Part shown: in pieces, positions 1-7,652 of the stretch | Position numbering within the stretch: the first letter of the stretch is position 1 | How the letters are laid out: each line of letters opens with the position of its first letter | From: Minisyncoccota bacterium | GTDB lineage: Bacteria > Patescibacteriota > Minisyncoccia > JAHIHE01 > JAGLIN01 | DNA: 64,000 nucleotides | Direction: 5' to 3' | NCBI GenBank assembly: GCA_041661265.1 | Contig: JBAZUT010000001.1 | Span: forward strand, 65,854-129,853 | Notes under the pieces: model-generated | What the model saw: the letters and a program-made list of their open reading frames with translations, nothing else | Told to the model about the DNA's origin: nothing | The model's database searches: none | Made by a program: the position numbers and the translations under genes

Positions 1-3
1 AGC

Positions 4-462
4 GTGTTTTGTTTGCTTGCAATTGCTGTTATGATCACGGGATGTATCGAATCATCATCTGACAATCTTGTTCTCTCAGGACAAGCTCCGTGGGGCGGTG
101 TAGAATTAAAGAAAAACGATGACGGAAGCGTTGAGGGTCATACTGCATGGGGACATGCCAAACTGCAGCAAGACGGTTCGCGAATATTTGGATCAACCGC
201 ATGGGGAGGCGTGGATCTGAATTATAACAACGGCCGTTCGTCGGGAAAAATACCATGGGGAGGTGTGAACCTAACCATTGATAGAACCCGACTGAAAGGC
301 AGTCTGCCCTGGGGCGGATGTGATCTCAAACTTGACGGACAAAATTTGGATGGATATTTTCCTTGGGGCACTGCACATTTACGCCTTGGTGACAAATATC
401 ACTCCCTCACAGATCCCGATGTCATACTTGCCATTGCTGCGCTTGTATCAGACAAAACTTAA
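4..462 (+). CDS. Putative lipoprotein (lipobox ITGC) with about 6 tandem ~18-aa repeats carrying a PWGG(V/C)(D/E)L motif; may be 5'-truncated by the window edge (GTG start at 4)
   Basis: ORF track; signal/lipobox-like N-terminus; internal periodic WGG motifs visible in the translation. Confidence 0.4.
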   Translation: MFCLLAIAVMITGCIESSSDNLVLSGQAPWGGVELKKNDDGSVEGHTAWGHAKLQQDGSRIFGSTAWGGVDLNYNNGRSSGKIPWGGVNLTIDRTRLKGSLPWGGCDLKLDGQNLDGYFPWGTAHLRLGDKYHSLTDPDVILAIAALVSDKT

Positions 463-554
463 AATATTTACGGCATTGCGGCCGACCCGATATGTCATCG
501 AGGTTGGCTTTTTTCTTTTCCGATGGAATCCGCCGCAAAAAAGCTCAAATACAT

Positions 555-590
555 AAAAAAATAAGCGGTGATGTTTTCCGCTTTTTTTAT
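555..590. terminator. Bidirectional rho-independent terminator (A-run, AGCGG/CCGCT stem, T-run) between convergent genes
   Basis: Hairpin aagcggtgatgttttccgc followed by ttttttt; sits at the stop of the minus-strand gene 587..1774. Confidence 0.55.
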
Positions 591-1774
591 TCATTTTTAT
601 AGATTTCCATCAATACTGCCGAGATCATTCCGATCATACTCCAGTCTACCAGATTTTCACTGAGAATCTCTCTCATTGTGGATATTTCAACGTAGGTCCT
701 TTCGGAATCCGCGATTACGCCATGAGCTATCCCCTGCTGGCTTTTCAGCTCCTGAAATTCTTCTTCGGTTATTTCTACCGAGAAGAGATCAGATCTGTGA
801 ACGGACAATGTCCCTGCGAGCTGGCGAGCGCCATGTTTTCTTATCCTTGAGTGATCAATCCTGAGTCCGGTTTCTTCAAAAACCTCATCGGAAGCGACAA
901 TGGTCGGGTCCGTTTCATTTTTCGATGATCCCCCTGGAAGCTCATGGATAAATCCATCAGACGTCACTGCAGGACTTCGGAATTCTCTCACCATAATAAT
1001 CTTTGCATCCAGAATGCTTTCACCTTTTCTATACATCAAGACTGATGAAATATCCGGCCTACCCAAAATAAATTCGTTCTTTTTGTATCTGTCTTCTTTT
1101 GTGATATACATCACAACATGCAAGATCCAGATAAAAACAAAATTTTTCTTGGACCCCGGTCGGACATTATATATCTCGCGCGCACTTACCAATTCGTTTC
1201 CAGCATTCCTTTGCGATTTATACCAATTCTGAAAAGTTTTTATCTTCCATATATGCAGCGGCACATCGCATTCTCCGCCTTTTCGGAACGCGCCAGCGCC
1301 TACCATTTCCATCGCTTTTTTGATCGTATCTTCCAGAGTTTCCGCTTGCGGAACATTATAATCTTCTCCAAGGGCCCGGAGATATTTCATCTTTGGAGCG
1401 TCTTTCGGAGCGCCAAGGACGATTTTCCCGGAACTTGCATACATACCGACTTCTATATTGGTCGTATATGCCCGATTTTCTTCACTTCGCGGGATCCAGC
1501 AAAGAATGCAATCCGCCATGGAAAGTCCCTTTTTCTCCCATCTGATCTGCCCATAATAATCTCTCTGCCACTTCCCGTCTCTCGGTTCAGGAACGAACAC
1601 ATGTCCATCATATCCCATTTCTTCCAGGATCCTTAGGGCTTCGATCCTCCATGAAATGACGCCTTCTTTTCTGGGAGTCGGCCCCACGAGAAATATCATT
1701 TTTTCCGCTTCTTTCGGAAATTCTTCGTTTGCATAGACTACTTCCATATTTTTTCCTCCTTTGTCAAACAACAA
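587..1774 (-). CDS. Two-domain protein: N-terminal nucleoside 2-deoxyribosyltransferase-like (YtoQ/SLOG-type Rossmann) domain fused to a C-terminal Nudix hydrolase domain
   Basis: Nudix box GGSSKNETDPTIVASDEVFEETGL in the C-terminal half; N-terminal FLVGP...CILCW...EVGMY pattern typical of the deoxyribosyltransferase-like fold. Confidence 0.5.
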   Translation of the reverse strand: MLFDKGGKNMEVVYANEEFPKEAEKMIFLVGPTPRKEGVISWRIEALRILEEMGYDGHVFVPEPRDGKWQRDYYGQIRWEKKGLSMADCILCWIPRSEENRAYTTNIEVGMYASSGKIVLGAPKDAPKMKYLRALGEDYNVPQAETLEDTIKKAMEMVGAGAFRKGGECDVPLHIWKIKTFQNWYKSQRNAGNELVSAREIYNVRPGSKKNFVFIWILHVVMYITKEDRYKKNEFILGRPDISSVLMYRKGESILDAKIIMVREFRSPAVTSDGFIHELPGGSSKNETDPTIVASDEVFEETGLRIDHSRIRKHGARQLAGTLSVHRSDLFSVEITEEEFQELKSQQGIAHGVIADSERTYVEISTMREILSENLVDWSMIGMISAVLMEIYKNE

Positions 1775-1823
1775 CTGACGGGAAATGATATCACCGATTC
1801 ATATTTCCGTCAATATGCCGGCA

Positions 1824-1852
1824 TAAAAAATGCCTCTTGCGAGGCATTTTCA
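1824..1852 (-). terminator. Rho-independent terminator for gene 1862..2401
   Basis: aatgcctc-ttgc-gaggcatt hairpin with a T-run on the minus strand, immediately 3' of the stop. Confidence 0.6.
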
Positions 1853-1861
1853 TTTTAGGCT

Positions 1862-2401
1862 CTAGTCCGGCAGAACAGAGATCAGCTCCGCGAGGCGTGG
1901 ATGCAAAGCGAAAAATCTGTATTCCAAAAGTTTCATCACTATCATAATGTGCTTGAGTTCCGTTCCCGCATGGTCGGGATGGGTCACCAGTTCCTTCACT
2001 TCCCCGCCAAGATCATTGAGATATTCCGGAATAGATTCCGAGTTCACTTTATCCTTCAGGCCGGAGACTATCTTATCAAGCTCGTCCTTGTCGAGCCACA
2101 CGCCGCGGCAGTCAAGGCAAACATCGACCATCACCCCGGTCGAACCGTATTTGATCTTGAAGAGAGGTTTGCCGTCCCGAGGACAATCAACCAATGAGCC
2201 GTTTGCCGAAAGCTTCTTTTCATCCTCCCAAAGGTCGAAATCCAGCCAGCTCAGATTTTCATCCCTATTGTCCCGGACAACGCCGAGCTCATCCCTGTCA
2301 AACCACAATCCCCCGCAATTTTTGCACCTATCCAGCTTGATGCCGTTTATCTTTATTTCTTCCAGCGAATCACTGCTGCATTTTGGACATTTCATATTCA
2401 T
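1862..2401 (-). CDS. Tandem zinc-ribbon protein (two CxxC...CxxCxGxWxDxxEL modules, zf-TFIIB/YfgJ-like)
   Basis: CPKC...CKNCGGLWFDRDEL and CPRDG...CLDCRGVWLDKDEL motifs. Confidence 0.5.
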   Translation of the reverse strand: MNMKCPKCSSDSLEEIKINGIKLDRCKNCGGLWFDRDELGVVRDNRDENLSWLDFDLWEDEKKLSANGSLVDCPRDGKPLFKIKYGSTGVMVDVCLDCRGVWLDKDELDKIVSGLKDKVNSESIPEYLNDLGGEVKELVTHPDHAGTELKHIMIVMKLLEYRFFALHPRLAELISVLPD

Positions 2402-2415
2402 TAAATTATTTTTGA

Positions 2416-4089
2416 TTAAAATTTGCCTACATAAAGACAGATGCTTTTTACGTTCTGATCGCAGAGAGGATCTGTCAGATCCTCCAGTCTGGCACTCAAT
2501 TCAAAATTCTGTCCATCAGAAGACTTATAGGCATAATAGTATTCAGGATCCTTCGGATCGCGCGGCAGGTCCTCCCCGCCCGCCGACCTGAGACCGAGTG
2601 CCACTTCATTTTCCTCGTTAAGCTTTGACGCAACGGGGCTCACCGGAAAATTTCCATATATCTCTCTGTAGCTATACGCCATAAGAGATATTCTCCCAAG
2701 ATCATCTTTGCGCTTCAAGTCTCTTCCCGTGATCTCTTCAGCCTCGGTTGGCACCCCCTCCTTTTTTTCCTCCGGCTGCACGCTCTCGCCCGTATTTTCA
2801 TTTTTATCGTCGCCCGGAGCCGGGGTTGAAGCATTGATAAGGCCGTTCTCTTTCATAAATTCTTCGGTCATAACCTCTTTTCTGAAAGTTGAATCGATGA
2901 CCGGCGCATAATAGACCAGCGTCGTCAAAAACATGCCGGTCAGCAAAAGACCCAAGGCCACAATTATCTTTATTGTCCCCTGGTGCATCGTCCTGTAATC
3001 CTGCGGAAGATCCTTTCTTATGGCTTTAAGATTTTGATATATGTTATATTGAAAAACCAGCGCAAAGGACGTGATGCCGAGATCAACAACGCTGCTCAGG
3101 ACATTCATGAGATATGACACCGCCTGCGCAGCCACGCTGTTTTGTCCGGCGATCGATATGAGGATTCCGGCAGGAATTCCCACGGCCGCTCCAAATGCTA
3201 TCTCAATGACTATGATATAAATAAAAAGCCTGAAAGATAGGCTGATCATCCTCCAGAATATCTGAGAAGCTTTCCCCTTTATAAGCTCGTATCCATAGGA
3301 AAATGCTTCGAAAGGTTTCAGGCCGTCCAGGATCACGCTAAGCAGAGTGATGAATATCCAGATCTCAACAATATACAGAAGCGGAAGGATAAGAATGAAT
3401 CCTATAATGATGATCAGAAAAGACATTCCCCAGGCTTCGGGTTTCATGGAAAATTCTTCTCCGGAAGTGATAAATTGAATCAATGCGACAGCCGGAACCA
3501 AAAGGATTATTCCGGAATAGATAAAATTCCCGATAACGAACGCAGATAAATAATCTTTGAATTTTCCAAAAGCTCTCTTTATCGATTCGCGAACCTCGAG
3601 GTTCTGGTCCTTTATAGTCTCTATTATCGAAATTCCCAGGATCATCGACGGTATGGAAACGACAATGGATATCAGCGCAGACACAAAATACAGATGAACG
3701 ATGTTATATTTCAATATGGCCGTGGAATCAAAAAAGAAACTGAGCGGAAGGCTTATGGCAAGATCCATAACGCTTAGCGCAACGACTGCCAGCACGACAA
3801 GCGCCAAAAATTTACCGAGCCTCTCCTTGAACATGTCCAGCGACATATCAAACAGCTTTTTCCCGTTCAACAAAATGCCTTCGCTGAAAGCATCCGCCCC
3901 GGCATTGCCATCCGCAGTGACGGTGTCATTATCTTGCCGGACAGCAGAAGGAACGTTTTGACCCTGAACCACGCTTGGCGGAACGTTTTGACCCTGAACC
4001 TCGGGCTTCTTCCCGGTATTAAGAGCGTTCATATTCCCCTTCGCCTGGACCATCTTGCCATAATTTATTTTGCCGGGATCGATCTCCAT
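2416..4089 (-). CDS. Polytopic membrane protein; the soluble C-terminal module (YxYKSSDGxxFELSA..EDLTDPLC) resembles type II secretion pseudopilin / type IV pilin C-termini; contains an in-frame 30-bp tandem duplication near the N-terminus
   Basis: ORF track; many hydrophobic helices; C-terminal motif shared with gene 10679..11206. Confidence 0.5.
   Translation of the reverse strand: MEIDPGKINYGKMVQAKGNMNALNTGKKPEVQGQNVPPSVVQGQNVPSAVRQDNDTVTADGNAGADAFSEGILLNGKKLFDMSLDMFKERLGKFLALVVLAVVALSVMDLAISLPLSFFFDSTAILKYNIVHLYFVSALISIVVSIPSMILGISIIETIKDQNLEVRESIKRAFGKFKDYLSAFVIGNFIYSGIILLVPAVALIQFITSGEEFSMKPEAWGMSFLIIIIGFILILPLLYIVEIWIFITLLSVILDGLKPFEAFSYGYELIKGKASQIFWRMISLSFRLFIYIIVIEIAFGAAVGIPAGILISIAGQNSVAAQAVSYLMNVLSSVVDLGITSFALVFQYNIYQNLKAIRKDLPQDYRTMHQGTIKIIVALGLLLTGMFLTTLVYYAPVIDSTFRKEVMTEEFMKENGLINASTPAPGDDKNENTGESVQPEEKKEGVPTEAEEITGRDLKRKDDLGRISLMAYSYREIYGNFPVSPVASKLNEENEVALGLRSAGGEDLPRDPKDPEYYYAYKSSDGQNFELSARLEDLTDPLCDQNVKSICLYVGKF
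3950..4009. repeat. Perfect tandem duplication (2 x 30 bp, core ggaacgttttgaccctgaacc) inside the CDS, encoding VQGQNVPPS/VQGQNVPSA
   Basis: Direct read of the sequence. Confidence 0.7.
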
Positions 4090-4167
4090 ATTTTTATGTT
4101 ATTTTGTTTATCATAATTCTATTTATATTATAACACACTTGGGACAAATTGAGATATGCCGATCGGA

Positions 4168-5391
4168 TCAATTCCCGAAATCAAGATATTTCCTACCTTT
4201 CAATTCTTCCGGCATATATTTCTGATCCTCCTTATAGTCAAAATTTGGAGAATATTTATATCCCTTTCCATAGTCCAGTTCTTTCATGAGCTTGGTAGGC
4301 GCATTTCTGATGTGCAGCGGCACGGGAAGATTGCCGTATCTTTTCACATCGGAAACGGCTTTTCCATAGGCCGTATAAAGCTCATTGTTTTTCTTGCTCC
4401 TGGCCATATAGACGACGGCCTGAGCAAGATTCACATTACATTCGGGCATTCCGATGAAATGACAAGCCTGATAGGCGGAAACCGCCTGGTCAAGCGCAAA
4501 TGAATTCGCGATCCCGATATCCTCGGAAGCGAATCTGATAAGTCGGCGGGCTATATAAAGAGGATCTTCCCCCGCTTCAAGCATCCTTGTGAGCCAGTAT
4601 AAAGCGGCGTCTGCGTCCCCTCCTCGCATGGATTTATGCAGTGCGGAAATTATATTATAATGTTCCTCTCCATCCTTGTCATAGGCAAGAGAACGCTGAA
4701 GAGCCTCTTCGATCATGTTCTTTTCTATTTTTTTGTCGATATCGCTCGCGAATTCAAGGGCATTAAGAGCGATCCTCGCATCCCCTCCCGACATGTCGGC
4801 AAGATATTCTATGTCCTCTGTCTTGATCTCTATCTTCAACTTTCCAAGTCCCGATTCCTTGTCCTTTAGAGCGCCTGCGATAATTTTTACAATGTCTTCT
4901 TTAGACAGCTTATCGAGCACAAAAACGCGGGAACGCGAAAGAAGAGCGTTATTCACTTCAAAGCTGGGATTCTCCGTCGTAGCGCCGATCAGGATTATTG
5001 TGCCATTTTCGACATGCGGGAGAAGAGCATCCTGCTGGGACTTGTTGAACCGGTGGATCTCATCGATGAATATGATCGTCTTTTTCCCCGTTTTTTTAAG
5101 CTCTTCCGCTTTTTTCACCTCAGCGCGGAGGTCCTTCACTCCGCTCGTTGTCGCGCTCAATTTTATGAACTCCCCTTTTGTAGCTTTTGCGATGATCGAA
5201 GCCAGGGTTGTTTTTCCGGAACCAGGAGGACCCCACAGGATCATTGAGGGCACATTGTCCGTTTCTATGGCTTTTTTCAGGATCTTGCCCTCGCCCAAAA
5301 GCTTTTCCTGGCCGATAAAATCAGCCAGCGTTTTCGGACGCATTCTGTCAGCCAGAGGGATTGTGTGGACTTTATTAACCATATTTTTCAT
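4168..5391 (-). CDS. rarA: Replication-associated recombination protein A (RarA/MgsA AAA+ ATPase)
   Basis: Walker A GPPGSGKTT, DEIHRF, characteristic RarA C-terminal region. Confidence 0.85.
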   Translation of the reverse strand: MKNMVNKVHTIPLADRMRPKTLADFIGQEKLLGEGKILKKAIETDNVPSMILWGPPGSGKTTLASIIAKATKGEFIKLSATTSGVKDLRAEVKKAEELKKTGKKTIIFIDEIHRFNKSQQDALLPHVENGTIILIGATTENPSFEVNNALLSRSRVFVLDKLSKEDIVKIIAGALKDKESGLGKLKIEIKTEDIEYLADMSGGDARIALNALEFASDIDKKIEKNMIEEALQRSLAYDKDGEEHYNIISALHKSMRGGDADAALYWLTRMLEAGEDPLYIARRLIRFASEDIGIANSFALDQAVSAYQACHFIGMPECNVNLAQAVVYMARSKKNNELYTAYGKAVSDVKRYGNLPVPLHIRNAPTKLMKELDYGKGYKYSPNFDYKEDQKYMPEELKGRKYLDFGN

Positions 5392-5403
5392 CTGATAAAA
5401 TTT

Positions 5404-5420
5404 AAGGAGCTAAGCTCCTT
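5404..5420. repeat. REP-like palindrome copy a (aaggagctaagctcctt), overlapping the RAYT stop codon
   Basis: Imperfect palindrome ggagct-a-agctcc. Confidence 0.65.
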
Positions 5421-6090
5421 GTTGCGCGCTTTCTATATAATACCTCTCTAGATCTTTTCTGCTTCCGGACTCCGAGATCACCATATCGACATAATTCTCA
5501 TACTCTTTTTCATCCGCGAAATTGGACATAATGGCCTCCCTGCTGCATAGAACTCCCGCCCTGCTTCCCAAATAATCAGGATAGCTGCACCATTTATAGT
5601 TTCTTGCATCTGATAATCTATGTATGCCCGCATTGCCGTTGATGTATGCCGAAAGCCACAATAGATACTCATTGGTATCTATGAGGATGGCCTTAAACGG
5701 TCCCTGAAAAAGCGATCCGGAACGATCATTTCTCTGGTTGAAATAATTTGTAAAACTGGTGCCGATTTTGTGCATAAACATCCTGATCCCATCGTCCCCG
5801 GTCTGCTTCAATATCAAATGATAATGATTCGGATTAAGACAATAGCAGACAATTTCCACCAGCTTTGATTCCAATAAGGAGCTTAGCTCCAAATTCCGGG
5901 AGCTAAGCTCCTTATTGGATGAGTTGTTCTTAATGATAGCTCGCTGTTCATAACTCGAAAAATTATTGAACATCTTCATACTTACCATAAATTTAGCATA
6001 GTCTTCGGCATCACAAAAAACATCCCGTTTATCTACGCCACGATTATATATATGATAATATTCCCCATTTGCAAAGCTTGTTTTTCGCAT
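5410..6090 (-). CDS. REP-associated tyrosine transposase (RAYT, Y1 HUH transposase, IS200-like) carrying an in-frame insertion encoded by two REP copies
   Basis: YHIYNRG, HuH motif NPNHYHLIL, SLFQGPFKAILIDTNEYLLWLSAYI; the stop codon TAG lies inside a REP palindrome. Confidence 0.7.
   Translation of the reverse strand: MRKTSFANGEYYHIYNRGVDKRDVFCDAEDYAKFMVSMKMFNNFSSYEQRAIIKNNSSNKELSSRNLELSSLLESKLVEIVCYCLNPNHYHLILKQTGDDGIRMFMHKIGTSFTNYFNQRNDRSGSLFQGPFKAILIDTNEYLLWLSAYINGNAGIHRLSDARNYKWCSYPDYLGSRAGVLCSREAIMSNFADEKEYENYVDMVISESGSRKDLERYYIESAQQGA
5871..5918. repeat. Composite REP doublet b+c (ccaataaggagcttagctcc / aaattccg / ggagctaagctccttattgg), in frame inside the RAYT CDS
   Basis: Direct read; translated as NKELSSRNLELSSLL within the ORF. 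Confidence 0.65.
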
Positions 6091-6177
6091 ACAATGGCCC
6101 TAATTGCTCTAATTTGTCTGCATTTACATTATATCCCACCCGAAAAACAAAAACAAACTGTAAAATGCACAGTTTGA

Positions 6178-6206
6178 TCCCAATAAGGAGCTAAGCTCCT
6201 TATTGG
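6178..6206. repeat. REP copy d, full 27-bp palindrome ccaataaggagctaagctccttattgg, about 90 bp upstream of the RAYT start
   Basis: Direct read; shares the upstream flank agtttgatcc with copy b. Confidence 0.7.
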
Positions 6207-6251
6207 ACGTTGTGTTTCCGATGTCTGTTTATTCCGAAGCGAATGATCCGC

Positions 6252-6761
6252 TTATTCCCTCGGATAGACCAGAAGCATGCCTACTATAGCCAATGCCGTG
6301 AAAAGAATAAGATGACTGAAGTTTCCGTTGATAAGGAAAAGCATCAGCCCAAAGATCGCCATTGATTCCGCAAATGCGATCCGCAAGAGACCGTAATTGA
6401 TCGGACCACCAGATGAATTAAAGATTGCATTTTTTGACTCTGCTTTCGGATTCAATTTGAATATCACAACAAAATTAATTATGGAGATGATCAGAAATGC
6501 CGAGAATACTAATGAATATGTCCCGCCGTCCATGCCTATAAATCCCATAAATCTATCCTGAGACTGGACTATGGTCTCGATATCCGAACCCGCAAGCTTT
6601 GGCGCAAAAGTCTTTATCCGAGATTCACTCGGCATTTGCGCTATCAATATTGCAACGATATTGTAAACAAATATCGCAACAAAAAAAGCAAACCAGAGGA
6701 CTTTATTGTTTATCGGCTTAGGCGCATTCGCTTTTGGCGTCTGGCCATTTTGCTCTTCCAT
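6252..6761 (-). CDS. Hypothetical membrane protein (about 4 TM segments)
   Basis: ORF track, hydrophobic segments. Confidence 0.4.
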   Translation of the reverse strand: MEEQNGQTPKANAPKPINNKVLWFAFFVAIFVYNIVAILIAQMPSESRIKTFAPKLAGSDIETIVQSQDRFMGFIGMDGGTYSLVFSAFLIISIINFVVIFKLNPKAESKNAIFNSSGGPINYGLLRIAFAESMAIFGLMLFLINGNFSHLILFTALAIVGMLLVYPRE

Positions 6762-6771
6762 AAAAATAATA

Positions 6772-7080
6772 TTATTTTAAAATTACGTCCACCATAACCC
6801 GGACAATGGCATAGGAAAGCCCTGAGATCACGAGCCCCATCAGGGCATACTTTATCGCTTTTTTTGCCCCTGAGATCTCCTCGGGATTCCCGATCGATAC
6901 GATGTATTTCAGCCCTCCCCATATTATGGCAAGAACCGCCATGGAAGCCACAAAGCCCAAAATGAAATTGGTCGCATTCAGGATCACGCCGGAAAGATCG
7001 GAGGAAAGCCCTCCCGGATTCGTTGGCACGATACCGCCGGCCAGATAGAAATATTTTTCCGCCTTTATTTTATTTTTCAT
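6772..7080 (-). CDS. Small two-helix membrane protein, VirB2/TrbC-pilin-like organisation (hydrophobic helix, Gly-rich loop, AKK, hydrophobic helix)
   Basis: Sequence architecture only; weak family assignment. Confidence 0.35.
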   Translation of the reverse strand: MKNKIKAEKYFYLAGGIVPTNPGGLSSDLSGVILNATNFILGFVASMAVLAIIWGGLKYIVSIGNPEEISGAKKAIKYALMGLVISGLSYAIVRVMVDVILK

Positions 7081-7106
7081 ATACGCACAATTAACTTCCT
7101 TGCTAA

Positions 7107-7135
7107 AGACAAGCTGCGCAAAAGGCAGCTTGTCT
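7107..7135 (-). terminator. 11-bp perfect hairpin (agacaagctgc / gcagcttgtct) downstream of gene 7143..7382; weak T-tract
   Basis: Direct read. Confidence 0.35.
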
Positions 7136-7142
7136 GAATTCT

Positions 7143-7382
7143 TTATCCCTTGACTTCTTTTATCTTCTCCCTCGTCTTCTTAAGCTCTTCTTCCCTTCTA
7201 TATCTTTCTTCTCTTTTAAGAATCTCATCATCAGGTGCATGGCAATCTTCTCTTAGTTTTTGCATAGTTTTTTCATCTATTTCTTCATCGATCTCATCTT
7301 CCTCTGATCTTGCCTCGGGAGTGATCTTCTTCAAATTGCCATCTACAAAATTTTTGATCTTTTCGAACGGATTAAACCCCAT
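7143..7382 (-). CDS. Small acidic, charged protein (MGFNPFEKIKNFV...)
   Basis: ORF track. Confidence 0.35.
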   Translation of the reverse strand: MGFNPFEKIKNFVDGNLKKITPEARSEEDEIDEEIDEKTMQKLREDCHAPDDEILKREERYRREEELKKTREKIKEVKG

Positions 7383-7471
7383 ATCTCCTTTCTTCTTATG
7401 TTAATTATTTTGCCCCATCTGCCGCCAGAACGCACCCAGCCTTCTCCTTGCCGATCCTCGGCGGCTTACCG

Positions 7472-7630
7472 CTAATCCCCGTATTCCTTCTCCATTCCCC
7501 GCCTGACTCCCTTATTTTTTTTCCCCTTAGCATCCGTCTCTTCTTCCGATTTTTCTGCAGGAGTGAATTTTATCAGACCATCATCCTCAGTTTCTACAAA
7601 ATTTTCAAATGCATTGAATCCCAAACCCAT
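7472..7630 (-). CDS. Small paralog of 7143..7382 (MGLGFNAFENFVETEDDG..., about 52 aa; below the ORF-track length cutoff)
   Basis: Manual translation; shared N-terminal motif MG(L)GFN(P/A)FE(K/N)..F. Confidence 0.3.
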   Translation of the reverse strand: MGLGFNAFENFVETEDDGLIKFTPAEKSEEETDAKGKKNKGVRRGMEKEYGD

Positions 7631-7652
7631 GGTTCCTTTCTTTATGAATTGA

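Noticed and set aside
4715-5395. Plus-strand ORFs overlapping rarA; similarly 8796..9245 in ppsA, 32354..33121 and 34571..35056 in uvrA, 49865..50896 in the GlmU-like gene, 51427..51933 across the Zn-ribbon genes
   Set aside because: Antisense shadow ORFs of confidently identified genes.
5403-6207. Possibility that the ggagctaagctcc repeats form a CRISPR array
   Set aside because: Only four copies, irregular spacing (0.45 kb, 8 bp, 0.26 kb), palindromic, and associated with a Y1 transposase: REP-like, not CRISPR.
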